NCBI GenBank assembly: GCA_002269645.1
Contig: NIVC01002239.1
Location: forward strand, 217,696-281,695
Length of the DNA stretch: 64,000 bases
Source of the DNA: Macrostomum lignano
Lineage: Eukaryota
Direction of reading: 5' to 3'
The position numbers and the translations under genes are program-made. Each line of letters starts with the position of its first letter. Within the stretch, counting starts at the first letter, position 1. A model generated the notes under the pieces. The model was given only the letters and a program-made list of their open reading frames with translations. It did not search any database and had not been told where the DNA came from. Positions 24,901 to 37,391 of this stretch are shown here, piece by piece.

Positions 24901-25779
24901 GATGAAGGCGAGGGCGTCCAGATCGATGGAGACGGGGACGCAGCTGGTGTCGCATCGCAGCTCATTGAGTTCCTGTTGCCAGTGGTCAGAGAAGACCCAC
25001 GCAAGGCTGCGCGCTGATTCAGGCAAGCGCTGTAGCAGGTCGGGCTTTGTCAGCACAGCACGAGGCTCAGCATCGGACAGGACGCTCTCGATTAGCGAGT
25101 CGGGGTAGGACAAGTCCATGGGGAGGTAGGCTCCACCTGCGAATGCGACATGGGCATTTAACAATAGTAACTTCTTTCAGACCTTTCGATGTGTCTGATT
25201 TTACACGTACGTCTTCTACACCTACGGTAGCACAGCAAAGCAAGCTAAAAAACCGTTAAAGGTTTTGCGACAACTATTTTCACTACGTCATATTCCTGCT
25301 CGCGACGACGCAGCAGGCTTTGTAAGCTTGCGCTGCTTGACCCCAGCTGCTTCATGTAGTCTGTCAGTTACACTGAAAAAAACGCTTTCCATATTTGGGC
25401 CTGCCTAGACCATCCCACCCTGGTCTTAAATCTTTCGTCAGCTTCAACTGATAATGCACTCGCGGTCATCAAATCCGTATGGAGAATAAAAGACGAGTAA
25501 CTGACCGGCTTTGAGTATGGCAATGTAAGCCAGCACATACTCGATGCATCTCTCCATGTAAATGATGCCGCAGAGCTCCACATCCAGACCCTTCAGCCGG
25601 AGCTCGGCGGCCAGTTTGCTGGACAGTTGATCCAGCTCCGCGTAGGTGAGTTGCCGTCCAGCTCCGTCCGAAACGGCGACTCGGTCTGGAGTCAGTTGAG
25701 CTTGCCTGCAGAACTGCTCGTGCAGGCTCCCCGCAGTTTGGTAGGACTCGGCTGCTGCTGCTGCTACTGGCGACGGCAT
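18962..25779 (-). CDS. ATRR: NRPS-like adenylation-thiolation-thioester reductase-SDR enzyme (A-T-R1-R2; ATRR/glycine-betaine-reductase architecture), 12 exons, about 1309 aa, intact
   Basis: Exons 25779-25506, 25136-24560, 24436-24169, 24024-23606, 23471-23286, 23115-22888, 22480-22170, 21971-21856, 21738-21418, 21290-20751, 20418-19900 and 19132-18962; total 3930 nt, all phases match. A domain: LTYAEL, LKAGGAYLPMD, YSSGTTGKPKG, YRTGDW, GRCDSMVKIRGY, GKLDK. T domain: FFDYGGHSLL. R1: TGATGFLG, VSTDAVF, YSQTK. SDR: TGASSGIG, NSAG, SSDAG, YTGSK. Confidence 0.93.
19258..19455 (+). mobile_element. Interspersed repeat, copy 1 (in ATRR-like intron 11)
   Basis: Shares blocks such as cattgctgcccattc, ggatacgtacgcagtcatacgcg, cacacaggagtgtacagcggccct, catgtacactt and tggccctcaag with the reverse complement of 59875-60095. 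Confidence 0.7.
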
Positions 25780-28700
25780 GGTTCTTGGGACACGAGATAG
25801 TTTTGGCGTCTCCGGGAAAAGAAAGCTTTGAGCTGACCCGATACTTGGAAAGTGGATAAAGTGGATAGAGATTCTGATTTTATGCTTTGCCTCTAGGGGG
25901 CCTTGGAGTTGGGGCAGCAACTTCTGGGCTGTTGGAAAGCTGTTGGACACGAGGGAAGCGAGGAGAGAAATCCACTGTGGGCGTACTTTCGTCTCAAACT
26001 GTACTCAAGTTGCGCACAGTTGAGGGAGTAAAGCAAGTAGAGAGCTAGAAGGAAGGGAACTCACTACTCCACTGCACTCGACTGTCCCGAAAGGAAAAAC
26101 TGTGAAGGCCCGACCTCAAGAGCCCTATTCCGTTCTGCCCCTTCTGACTAACAACGCCTGTATACTCGATGAGAGCGAGCAAAGTGCTGATTATAGACCA
26201 GGCGCTTATCTCAGACAGCGTTCGCGTTTGTTCCTTCAATGAGCTTAAAGATGCCGCCCTCATAGCAGTAAAGCTTCAGTCAAGACGAATTCCCTGATAG
26301 CTGTTGATTACCACATGCACTCACAACAGCGCTACCTCGGAAATAGTTACAGTAAGACCTCACTGTAATCGCATATTGCTTATATGCCAAGTCATGCTTT
26401 CTTGAGGTCCAAAGCTCAAATGCTTGTCTGAATTCTTACAAGGGTTCAAATCAATTCATTAAATGCAGCAGGTGAAACGGTAGCTCTACAGTCTACAATT
26501 ACCTAGCACTGTTTGCGTAGAAATTCTGCAGAAATTTGCTTGCTTCTTCGCCATTATTCTTTTTAGGTATAAAATTTTCAGCAAGTGCAAAAACCATTCT
26601 ATTGAAATGGGTACTATGAATTATGGGACTCACTGGTATGCTTGAATTCCAATACACGTGCATGCACTGTGAGCGAAAGTGTTTATATTGTGCTATGCAG
26701 TGCATTCTTACATGTATTTTATTAATCTAGCGTGATCTATCTCCATTTCTTGCACGCTTCATGATCATAACGAAGCATTTCTGCACGATCAAAAGGTAGA
26801 TCACTGTAGGAGCGATTTTCTTGTACATGTACAGTCTGTGGTCAGTCTGCACTAGAACTTCCAATCTACATATAGCTCAACCCAGCTACTTAGCCGAGAT
26901 AATATTCGTGAGTTACTTCGATATGACGGTGGATGGTAACGCACCCTTGAAACCTTCGTTAGAAGCTTTCTCACTGCCGCTATAATTATTTGATATGCTT
27001 CTCTCTACCGTTCTAATATAACATGTCTATGTCTTTCTTCCTCGGAACGATTTGTGTCCTTTGAGCAAGTGTTGTACTGTTGGTCTTCGCGGGGTCAGCG
27101 TTGTCCCGGGGAGGCCTGGTAAGTCTTCAAATCCCATAGCTGCCACCAATGTTGTGCCCGTGCTTCTCAGGCTGCGCTAGCACAGTGTTCTGGGTCTGCT
27201 TTAAGAGGAAGCCTTCTTGGTTGCGTAGGTAGTGCTGCCACAAGTCCCTTCGGCCCGCCCGGGTCTCAGCTTTCGGTGAGGTGAGGATCCCGACGGAACG
27301 AAATAACAAAGGGATGAGCGAACACAGCGCTTCAGGCAGATTTGCGATTTTGGACTAATAGTCAGCAGATCCTGCCGGGCTCAGTGGGTCGGCTGGAAGG
27401 ACGGTGTTTGCCTCAGAACAGACCCAGCAGAGGTCTGGGTTTAGGTTGAGCACTGAGTCAGGATCGACAATGGGAGAAATTGGGCGATTGCAGAACTGGA
27501 GAAACTGTGTTTACTGAAGAATGAACAGAGCTATTAAAGAAATCCTTGACGGAAACAAGGCTTGAGATGGTTCGTTCGTATTTATACTGTAGGCAGGAAA
27601 CTATACTGCGCACCATTGCATGTACTCGCGCGAGACCCCGATTTCGTCAGATTGCATATGACGCTGTTGCTAAAATTAGCAATTTCTGACGCTCGGGTTT
27701 GCCTCAGAGCAGGCAAGGGTCTTGGCGCACGTGATTTCCGCCATAAACACGACTTGCACAGTGAGTTATTCACTGCACTTCGGACTTCGAGTAAACAGCT
27801 CGTCATGTGCTCCATATGAAAAGGGGAAAGCGGCCCATCAGTGAACCCACTAGTGACCGCTACACAGAGAGCGAACCAAGAGCAGGCTAGGTCAAGCTGC
27901 CCAGCCGCTGCAAACAATGCAAACAATGCAAACAAGAGACAGGGGGGAACAGAGAGCGGCAACATGCAGCTGCGCCCAGCGGAAGACGGCAGCTCAGAGT
28001 GATTATTTACCTGTGACTACTAGGCCACAGTTAAAATTATTATAAAGCTACTCTTTTTATTTCAAAGGTATCGTGCATTACAAAGGTACCCAAATGAACT
28101 TGGCCTAGTAGCAGAAAATTTGTTATATGCTACAACCAGATGGCTCACAAGTTTAAAATAACAACCGACGTGCTAATTATTTAACAATGTAACTCTTCTG
28201 ATATTCCTGCAGGATGATCCGATAATCTCTTCCTCGACATCGGACCAATACTTACTTTCTTCCCACCATTCTAGTGGTTATTTTATTTCATTCTTTTTAG
28301 TCTAAGCTTTTAGTTTCATTGAGCCTGAGATTTCATTTTTATTTAGTTTAGGCAAGTTATATAATAAATAAATGTTGATCAAATAGTTTGAAAAAATTTA
28401 GTTTGTAATTTCAGTAACAAGTATTGAATTTATTGCCTAGGTAGCCTAAAGCAATAAATATTGCCCAAAAATATTAATGAAACAAATGAAATTATTGTAG
28501 TAGGCCTAGTAGTAAAGTAAATAAGCAAACCTGAAAAGTACACTTTGAATCTTTGTCTTTGATTGATTTGACAAATAGATAATAAAAAATAGAAAGTGGT
28601 TTGATTGATTTGAATATCTGATATAAAGAGTATATAAATTTAGAATATTTTTAACTAAGGTCAATTGTTGATTCTATATTCAGGCCTATTTGTAATTATA

Positions 28701-29659
28701 ACAAAATGAAAACATTGATATTAATATTAGTAAGTGTTACTAGGCCTATATACCATTTTACCTCCTTGAACAAAGTCTTGTTCAAAATAAACAAGCAGAA
28801 CTTCAATTTAAACACCTAAAGAAATCCTAGCACTTGTAAAAAATCAATTTAGATTGTCTTTGGCCAAAATTGTTCTTAAGTAGCAGAGTAGCATGTGCAT
28901 GCAGTTTAGAAATTCAAAAAACAAATTTATTCTTTTCCTTTAGGATTTGCAAAAATAAATATATTTTTATAAGTCTATATATTCTTTTGTTTTTAGTGTA
29001 CTGCATAATTGTATAATTGTTGTGCATTAAAACTGACATGTATGAATGTTGAAAAGATTAGGTTGAAGAAGATATTTAATTGCTAGAAGATATAATTGAT
29101 GAAGTTGTAGCAAAGTTCAAGGAAAAGATCATGGAATATTAGCCTTAATAGTACACTTTTGTAAATAATAGTGACATAAAATGTTTTATCAAAGCTACTA
29201 ACTATAGAGATAACTTTATATAATTGGTATACCAACTTAGAGTCAAGGGGTCAATAGTGTACACATTCTAAGATCAGGGATAGCAAAAAGGGTACATGAC
29301 CAAGATGGCCACACACCAAGATGGCCACAGCTCTGAATGGCTGCTTGGATAGGAATAGGTCTATATATTTCCTCATTTCCTATTGGCTGTGATTGGGGTG
29401 GGGTATGACCTAGCTTCAAGTCTTAGAGAAGACAGATTTTGTTAGTGAAATTAGACTAAGTAAAACAAAAAACACTTCCCTTTATAGCAGGTATTACTAC
29501 CTACTAAAGCTAGTAGCACTACTAGTACAAGACATTTGGTTTTTGTATCATGGATAATAGTTTCAAACCTATCTTCAATATACTAAAACTGACATGTTGT
29601 TTGTATATGTTAAAAGTTAAAGGTAGAGGTTAAAGGTATTAGTTATGATAGAAATAAGC

Positions 29660-30070
29660 AAAAATTGGAGTGCCCTCTTATCTCTGATCTTTTCTCTCAT
29701 CTCTGCACTCTTGTCTTTTATCTTTTCTCTGTCATCTCTGCCCTTTCGTCTCTAATCTTTTCTCTCTCTCATCTCTACCCTCTCCTCTCTCATCTCTTGC
29801 CATCTCCTCTCTCCTCTCATCCTCTCCTCACCTCTCTCCTCTCCTCTCTCCTCATCTCTATCCTCTCTTCTCTCCTCACCTCTGCTCTCATCTCCCTTTT
29901 CCTCTTCATTCTCTTCTCCCTTCCCTCCTTTCTCCTTTCCATTAATCTCCCTTCTCCTCCCTCTCCACTTGTATTTAATCTCTCCTCTCATCAACTCTCT
30001 TCTCCTTTATTCCTTCGCCTCTCCTTTATCCTATGCTTGTATTTCTCTTTTCTATTCCTTACCCTCTCTC
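29660..30070. repeat. CT-rich low-complexity tract
   Basis: Polypyrimidine tctc/ctcat composition. Similar tracts lie at 30270-30480 (ctactctcagcctct units), 30560-30760 and 31490-32040. Confidence 0.85.
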
Positions 30071-30814
30071 CTCACCTCTGGCCTGCTGTCATCAGGACTC
30101 CTCGCTTCGCTTTGGGGGCCAACAAAGCAGACTATAGAAGGGTAGTCATGAGCTGGGTTCTCAATTGAGGTAAAAAGTTTGCCAACCCCTGCACTAAAAG
30201 CACCTGGCTTAGTCACATTAGATAAAAACTATATGTATAGTGGAATGGGATTGAGAACAATGTGAACTAGCCTCTCTACTCTCAACCTCTCTACTCTCAG
30301 CCTCTATCTACTCTCAACCTCTCTATTCTCAGCCTCTCCACTCTCAGCCTCTCTCTACTCTCAGTATCTATCCACTCTCAACCTCTCTATCCCCAGCCCC
30401 TCTCTACTCTCAGCCTCTCTCTGCTCTCAGCCTCTCTCTACTCTCAGCCTCTACTTTTGTCTTCTCTCTCAGCTCAGCTTATATCTAGTTCTAAAATCTG
30501 AAGTTATACTCAAACAAAAACTTGTCATTCAAAAACATGTGTTGGCAAAATCTCTAGCCTCCTGTCTCTCTCTATGTCCTTCGGATCCTTTGAAACTTCT
30601 ATTTTCTCTTTTGTTTCCTCTCTTGTTCTTCTCTCTCTCTTCTCTTCTTTTTCTTTCCTATCTCCTCTCTCCCATCTTCTCTCGTCAATCTTCCCTCACC
30701 TCTCTTCTCTTTCATATTTGCTCTCTCTTCTCATTTATCTCTGGTCTCTACTCTCTCCCATTAGGAAAGAAGGAAAGATAGGAAAGATAGATAGCAAACA
30801 TAGGAAAGAAGCCT

Positions 30815-31066
30815 ATGTTTGAAAAAGTGCCCGACTTGTACCAGCTGAGGCCAGCTAGAGGGCAACGCAGGAGAGATATTGTTGTAGAATATCCAATTGA
30901 GAATGTGCCCACCCACCTTCTGATGGATGGGGGCAGTGCGCTGTCTTTTCTAAGAGCCAAAGACTATTCTAAAATCACTGGAAAGAGCGTGGAGGCCTTG
31001 GAGCCCCCATGTGTGAAGGCTGTCATGCCATTAAAGATTATAGGACTGAGAAAATTTATTTATTAG
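30815..31066 (+). pseudogene. Possible retropepsin (LTR-retrotransposon protease) fragment
   Basis: IENVPTHLLMDGGSALSFL resembles the retroviral-type aspartic protease motif (hydrophobic-hydrophobic-D-[ST]-G-[AS]); it is isolated, with no RT nearby. Confidence 0.35.
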
Positions 31067-31489
31067 GAGTTAGTCTCCTATTCGACCCCCGCTGAGTGGC
31101 AGAATGGTAGTCAGCCCGTGATTGCTTAATCCCCTCCCAATTAGCGTATTGAAAGTTTTCTTGCCCCATTGGATACCGCTTTTCGCTTATTTACATATGC
31201 TTTCCATTATATTCAAACTATGTTGTGACTCCGTGCTCATGTGGCAATGTTTAAATATTTAGGATTTGAGCTTGAAATTTGAGCTCAAATTTGAGCTCGT
31301 ATGGTATGGGTTTATTCCCTATAAGTCAATATTATCTTGGAAACCGGAAAAATATCTATGGGTCTGCCTTGCAGAAGGTCCTGCCCCACTGTTTAAAATT
31401 TTGTAGGAACAATGGAAGTCTGGGACTGTTAAAATTAGCACATTTCAGTTTGATTTCTAGTGTTTGTTCGCACCTTGTAGGTCAGTGCA

Positions 31490-32040
31490 AAATTCTCTCT
31501 ATTCTCTCTCCTCTATCATCTCGACCTTCTCTCCTATTATTTATTTCCTGTCTTATCTTCTCTCTCTCATCTCTCATCTGTACTCTCCTTTAACATCTCT
31601 CCTCTTTTTCCCAACTCTCCCTACTCTTCTCTCAACTTTCTCCCTTTTACTCTTTCATCTCCCTTCTCTACTCTCTCCTCCCTCTCATCTCTCATCTCTC
31701 CTGCTCTCCCATCTCTCTTCTCCTTTCTACTCTCTCCCTTCTACATTCTTCTATTTCCTCTCATCTCTCTTCTCTCCCTTCCCCTCTCTTCCTGTCCTCT
31801 CGATTCTCCCCCTTAATTCTCCTTTCTCCTTCACTCCACTTCTCTCCCATTGTCTCTCATGTCTGCTCTCACATATTTCTCTTCTCTCTCCACTTATCTC
31901 TACAATCTCTTCCCTCTCCTCTCTCCTCTCTCCTCTGTTCTAGCTCTACTGTCTCATTTCTCGTCTCTGCTTTCTCATCTCTCTTTTCTCCTCTTTCATC
32001 TCTCCTATCTCATCTCTTCTCTCTTCTGTTTGTATCAGAC
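31490..32040. repeat. CT-rich low-complexity tract
   Basis: Almost pure pyrimidine run; source of the L/S/F-rich spurious ORFs. Confidence 0.85.
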
Positions 32041-33104
32041 TTGTATCTGTACATGTATTTAGAGGTTCGGCTTATTTTGACAAGATTTCAGAATTGTCAG
32101 ACTTTGATTGAAGCCTTGCGTTTCTTGGGTATATACTTGCTGAAAAATACATGCATCTCATATCTGTGCAAATTTGCCGCAGTGCATAAAGAGTACAAAT
32201 GATATTTACATAAATAAATCTGAGGCTTCATGCTAAGTGCTGCATGCAAAGTCACTATATTGAGTTATTTCTTTACAAGCCAGATTGTTATCATGGTTAC
32301 CAACCATAGCAGTTGGCTAAAAATGTTGAAATTGAAAAATAACGATATGGCTGATTTGACGTGAGCTGTTGTATATAGATAGATTTTTATCTCTATGCAA
32401 GCCAGTCAGTTATTTAGACTATTTATGACTTCCAATTGTATCGTATCAGTATAGGCCAAGATTGAAAAAAAGTTGCTCTAAGGGTTGGCTTGAGTATAAC
32501 AATCTGTGAGGCATCACTACCACTAGGGGAGCACTGTGAGAACTGTTTGATCATAAATTAACTCTTTGCTCATTCAAGCTTGAATTGACAGCAACCCTAC
32601 TTACCTTTTGTATTCAACTTAAACAACAGAATACAGCTTGTATGTGATCTCAATAGAAGTGGAAATCAAAAAAAAACAGCATCAGTTGCCACCCATTCAC
32701 GATATTTCATATTATTTCTAGATAGCAATGGATTGACAACAGCTTGTAGCTTGTAGCAATGAATAAATTGTTTTCTATGAAATCTTTCAACAGGCCTGTT
32801 CTGCAAATGTGGGTGCAAAAGGTATCTCATATCTGCATTTTAATAGCTCATATATGTAGCTCAAATAATATCATGCATAATGATGGGGATGATGGGATGC
32901 TGATGAATTATGGAGGCAGAAGTACACTGAGTCACACATACATGCAGTGACTAGCCCAAGTAAAGGCTGCTTGCTCTGTAAGTGTGATACAAAGAACCCT
33001 CCCATCCCAAATTTGAGCATAAAACAAAGTGTAATATCTGGCAAGAAATGTGCATGGTGATTATTAAATATGCTCCAGGGCTATATTGGTTGCAGCAACT
33101 AAGA

Positions 33105-33400
33105 AGGTGCGGATTTTTTGGCTTTTTTAACTCGTTTTGATCTGAAATGGCAATAAGGTATGGGTGGCATGGATAGATGACAAAGTTCAAGCAAATTATA
33201 GCAATGGGTGTAGTATAAATAAGTAAGTGCAGATTTTTTTGGCTTTTTTAACTCATGATCTAAAATGGCAATAAGGTATGGGTGGCATGGATAGATGACA
33301 AAGTTCAAGCAAATTATAGCAATGGGTGCAGTATAAATAAGTAAGTGTGGATTTTTTGGCTTTTTTAACTTGTTATGATCTGAAATGGAAATAGAGTGTG
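33105..33400. repeat. About 120-bp tandem duplication, about 2.4 copies
   Basis: gattttttggcttttttaac...aaatggcaataaggtatgggtggcatggatagatgacaaagttcaagcaaattatagcaatgggtg recurs at about 33110, 33233 and 33351. Confidence 0.85.
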
Positions 33401-33559
33401 GGTGGGCAGCTTGGATAGTTGATTAGGTTTTAAGCCTCCTTGTCTGCAGGCTGCTGTACCTGCCAGACAGGCTGAGTGTGCAGATGGCTGCAGGCCCTTA
33501 GAAAAGCCACAATTAAAGTGTACTTTCTCTAAGATGTCTGCAATGCGTCTCAAAGGCAG

Positions 33560-34739
33560 CATTCACTCGTGCGTACCTGGCATGCACCTGCTGGTGATGA
33601 GTAACAACCTGGCCCCCGTGAACTTGCTGCTGTAGCCGTCACACCCATTTAGCATCATGCTGTAGCAGGTCCAGCAGAAGGTAGAAGTTCAGCGGCTTCT
33701 GTCCACACTTGTTGAGTTGACCATGCCAGGCTTCTATGTCGTTGTTGGTCCTCTTATACTGCTTGAAGACGCAGATAGCATCACGGTCCCAGACAGGATG
33801 CTGCAGCCAAGTAGTGCAACATACTCGGCTAGCTATAGGAGTAGCTCATTACCTATTGCCAGCAGGCTTGATAATCAAGCTTGATAGGCAACGAAAGCAG
33901 GCTTGATAATCAGCTTGAGCCTTACCGGACATCAAAAAGAAGGCAAGTGGTACCAGCCTTTCCTGCCCATCAAAGCGAATCGCACTGTGTACACTGTAAA
34001 GCTGTTTGAAAGGTGCCTTGACAATGCTAAAAGTTCTGTCACACTTCAAGATTCGTTGGGTTGATAATAGTTCTCACTGAGTTGTCATGAAGACGAAGTG
34101 TTGCCCATTTGTCTCAGGAACTGTCACATCCTGCAAATGAAACTGGGCAGGTACATCTCTAGGATCAACTTGGAAATGTATGTCAACAGGTTCCATAGGG
34201 CGATCTTTTTTGCAACTGTAATTAGCATTGCAACTCAATGACTCAATACTAAGCACCTCCTACACTTCAGATGAAAATTTTCTTACCTTCTCCTCCGTGA
34301 TAATTCTAGCAGAGGTAAACAACATGCGCTTTGCTCCCTCCTTTACCTCCTTTGCTGCCTTTCTCTTCTGAGCTCACCGATGAACTGGATCGCACATGTG
34401 CAGAGCAAGGGCTTCTATGGTTCCATCAGCACAGCGGACTGCGGAGCCATGACAGTGCAGTGAAAAACGCTTAGTGTAGCAATAGTACATGTTGCCATTT
34501 CGCCGTATTTTTTCATCTATCAGATGGCCAAGGTCTCGTTGGGCATACTGCACTAGAAGGTCTTTTCCGTGACTGCATCCTGCACCTGTAAGAATCTCAA
34601 AGGGCTGGGGAGGTGGGCTGCGGGGCGGTGCAAGCTCTGCTAGAGGAATTTGAATGGATTCTTCCAGAGCTGGATCAGGGTCATTGAAATCTAGATACTG
34701 GTAAAGAAAATTTTCTGCTTGTGCCGGAATCAGATGCAC
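33560..34739 (-). pseudogene. Decayed FLYWCH-like + MULE transposase
   Basis: N-terminal GKDLLV...YYCYTKRFSLHCHGSAV...HMCDP, then CDRTFSIVKAPFKQLYSVH...VPLAFFLMSGKAQADYQACFRCL and VFKQYKRTNNDIEAWHGQLN. It has several in-frame stops and an apparent internal deletion of the central catalytic core. Confidence 0.8.
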
Positions 34740-37391
34740 TGGTTCTGGATTTTCAGCAGGCTATCACATGCACCGTGCTGCCAATTCAAGCATTGAGAAC
34801 ACTCAATTGCTTCTTGTCCATTGCAAACTGGCTGCAGACAGACCACACATGGATATGCACCTGCCATTTTGTATCTAAGTGCTTAGACTGCTGTCAATGA
34901 ATGAGACAGATGAATTTTGAACAGGGCATGAAATTTACCCAGTTTTTATCCCTTTAAACAAGTAAATTAGTCTCAACCAATAAAAGAAATGGAAAAAAGC
35001 TACACCAGATTTTATATGAAAAAGAGATTTGTTTAATACGAAATATGTTTACACCTCTTAGGGGCCTACTATAAGTAGGAAAATAAAACTCATAACCATT
35101 TTTGTCTTTAGCCCTGCAATATACTAATAAAATTTTGACTGCCTGCCTAAACCCCCCGATTGCAACCCCACATCTCCCCACCTGAAGCTATCCAATAGAA
35201 AACCAGTTGTCATTTTCCGTGACCCCCACCCCAGCTATGGCCATCTTGGTGTGTGGCCATCTTGGTCTTACACCCAAAAAAGTATAGAGCATTTAGAAAG
35301 ACATCTTATATAGTATGGTAGATGATAAAATTATTGGCTGCATCTTTGTGGACAAGAGCACCAACCATGCTTTTACATCAAGGGTTAGCAAACTTTTTTC
35401 AGTGTAGGCTGAATTGGAAGACTAGGCTAAAGCAGCAGGCCAGAAAAATACAACAAATTCTGGCTATAAATGACAATTTTAGACCAAATATAACCAACAA
35501 CCCTATAGTTAAAACTGATATAGGAATTATAGGATAAAAGCTAACTTTTCTTATAAAGTTCCACACTCTCAAATCTATTATAAGGTTTGCTGAAAAAACT
35601 GGCCCCTTATACTTTAAATTCAAGTTTATACTAGAAAAAACTTTACTCATGATATATGCACCAGATATTATAAAAAATTTATTATAACAATAAAGGACCT
35701 TTTTGTATTGCAACAATAAAGGATCTTTTTTTGCTTTGCAACAATATAGGACTATAGGACCCTTTCTTTCATATGCCAATAAGCTATGCCATATGCCGGC
35801 TCTATGGCACAATTTTCTAGCAGATTGTTCTATACACTAGATACTTTACCCTAACCATTTTTATATTTGTATATTAGAACTTTCTAGCATACATGTAAGA
35901 TTCAGGAGTGGGGGTAAAATTGAATGTTTCAACGCAAAATTGATTTTATAAGCTACTTTTATTTTGTTAGATAGTAAGACTGTTGCAGGCCAGACTTGAA
36001 GGTATTGCAGGCTAGATTTGGCCTGTGGGCTAAAGTTTGAAGACTGCTGGTTTATATACATCCCTTGCTGCCTTGGTTGACAAGCAATTGAGGGTTAGGT
36101 AGGTGGATCAAGGCCTCAAGTTGACCAATTGTTCCTGTCATACACTTGTGCATTGTTCTGTTATAAATCTCTTATAACATAATATTGATATGTTGTGTTT
36201 TATCTCTATCCAAATAGAATATAGCTTTGTTTCTTTTTAATTTCAAGGCTGCATGTATGCATCACTTCAGCCAAGGACAATTTTGGCCAAAGAGTTTGAA
36301 TTGAATTTTATCTGTTTCAATAGAAAGGGAGTTTGTTTGAATTGAAGTTTTGCTTCTTTCTTTTGAACAAGACATTGTTAAAATAGGATATAAAATAGTG
36401 TACTTGTAAAGGCCCTACCTATTTTCATACCCCCAAACTGTAAATCTGATGCATTAGACTTTCTGGGCCTACTACGCTCATATCCCATCTTTGGGTCTCT
36501 CAAACCCCATGTCCAATATGCTTGTTTTTTCTTTCCTTTCCTTGGTAGGAGGTTTGGTAACTCATGTAATAGAAGGAAGCTTTTTCTTCTTTCTAAATTC
36601 TATTGATCTCACCAAGTTCCAGGATAAAGTGATTTACTCTTATAATGATTTCACTGCTATCACCAAAGTTGTTATAGAATTCAATAGTAGAATTATATTC
36701 TAATTTCTAAGAATTATTTCTAGAATATAGTTTAACTTCCTAGTTTTTAGTTGTAATACATTTTAGTAGCATTATAAATGTATTCTGCCCTAAGTAGTTT
36801 TACTGGTACATGTACTATTTCCAGTCCTTGGCATGACCTAGTCCTAGATTAGAAGGTCACCACATTACTCTTCATATTTCTTTGCATAGACTCCTAACTT
36901 CCTTTCTTAGTAAATCTCTTCTAACTATTCCTTGGATTTTCTTACTTTAATTCAAACTAGAAAGCAAGTTGAAGTGTTGAATTTATCATTAACATTGTTT
37001 GTACAAATATGAAGTACATCAAGCAAAATATAAAAACAAAATAAGGAATAGCAAAAGTATGGTAAAGCAATGCATTTAGTAACAATGATTAAGGTTAGAG
37101 CTGTAGGAAGCAAGCATGCACAAAATGTTTTGGAACCCAGATAGTGTATGTGCTATTGTCTTTCGTGGTCTTTCTACTGTTAATGGCTGGGATTCACGAG
37201 GCCAAAGAGCCTCCAGTGTATGGGCAAAAGGATTTGGGACACGAGACAAATGCGTGAGCTGTAGGAGCAGGAAGATTATTTGTTTTTGCTCTTAGAATTC
37301 AAGACTTTTAGGTCTTAGTCTACTGCCTGACGTTGAGCTAATTTGTAATTTTCTCTCCGCTGTGCCAAATGCAATTGCAGATCTGCTTGTC

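Larger units (their letters stand above)
29298..35267. mobile_element. Putative Mutator-family (MULE) element bounded by inverted repeats
   Basis: The 30-bp sequence gaccaagatggccacacaccaagatggcca at 29298-29327 is a perfect reverse complement of 35238-35267. The interval contains the decayed MULE transposase. Confidence 0.65.

Noticed and set aside
18962-25779. ATRR-like gene as bacterial or fungal contamination
   Set aside because: It has eleven canonical introns, one carrying a repeat also found at 59.9 kb, and is contiguous with animal genes.
27060-27965. GC-richer stretch with short minus-strand ORFs (possible retroelement ORF1/gag remnant)
   Set aside because: No recognisable motif, frames are broken and no splice pattern was found; it cannot be supported without a search.
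29665-32062. Leu/Ser/Phe-rich membrane-protein-like ORFs
   Set aside because: Translations of CT low-complexity tracts.
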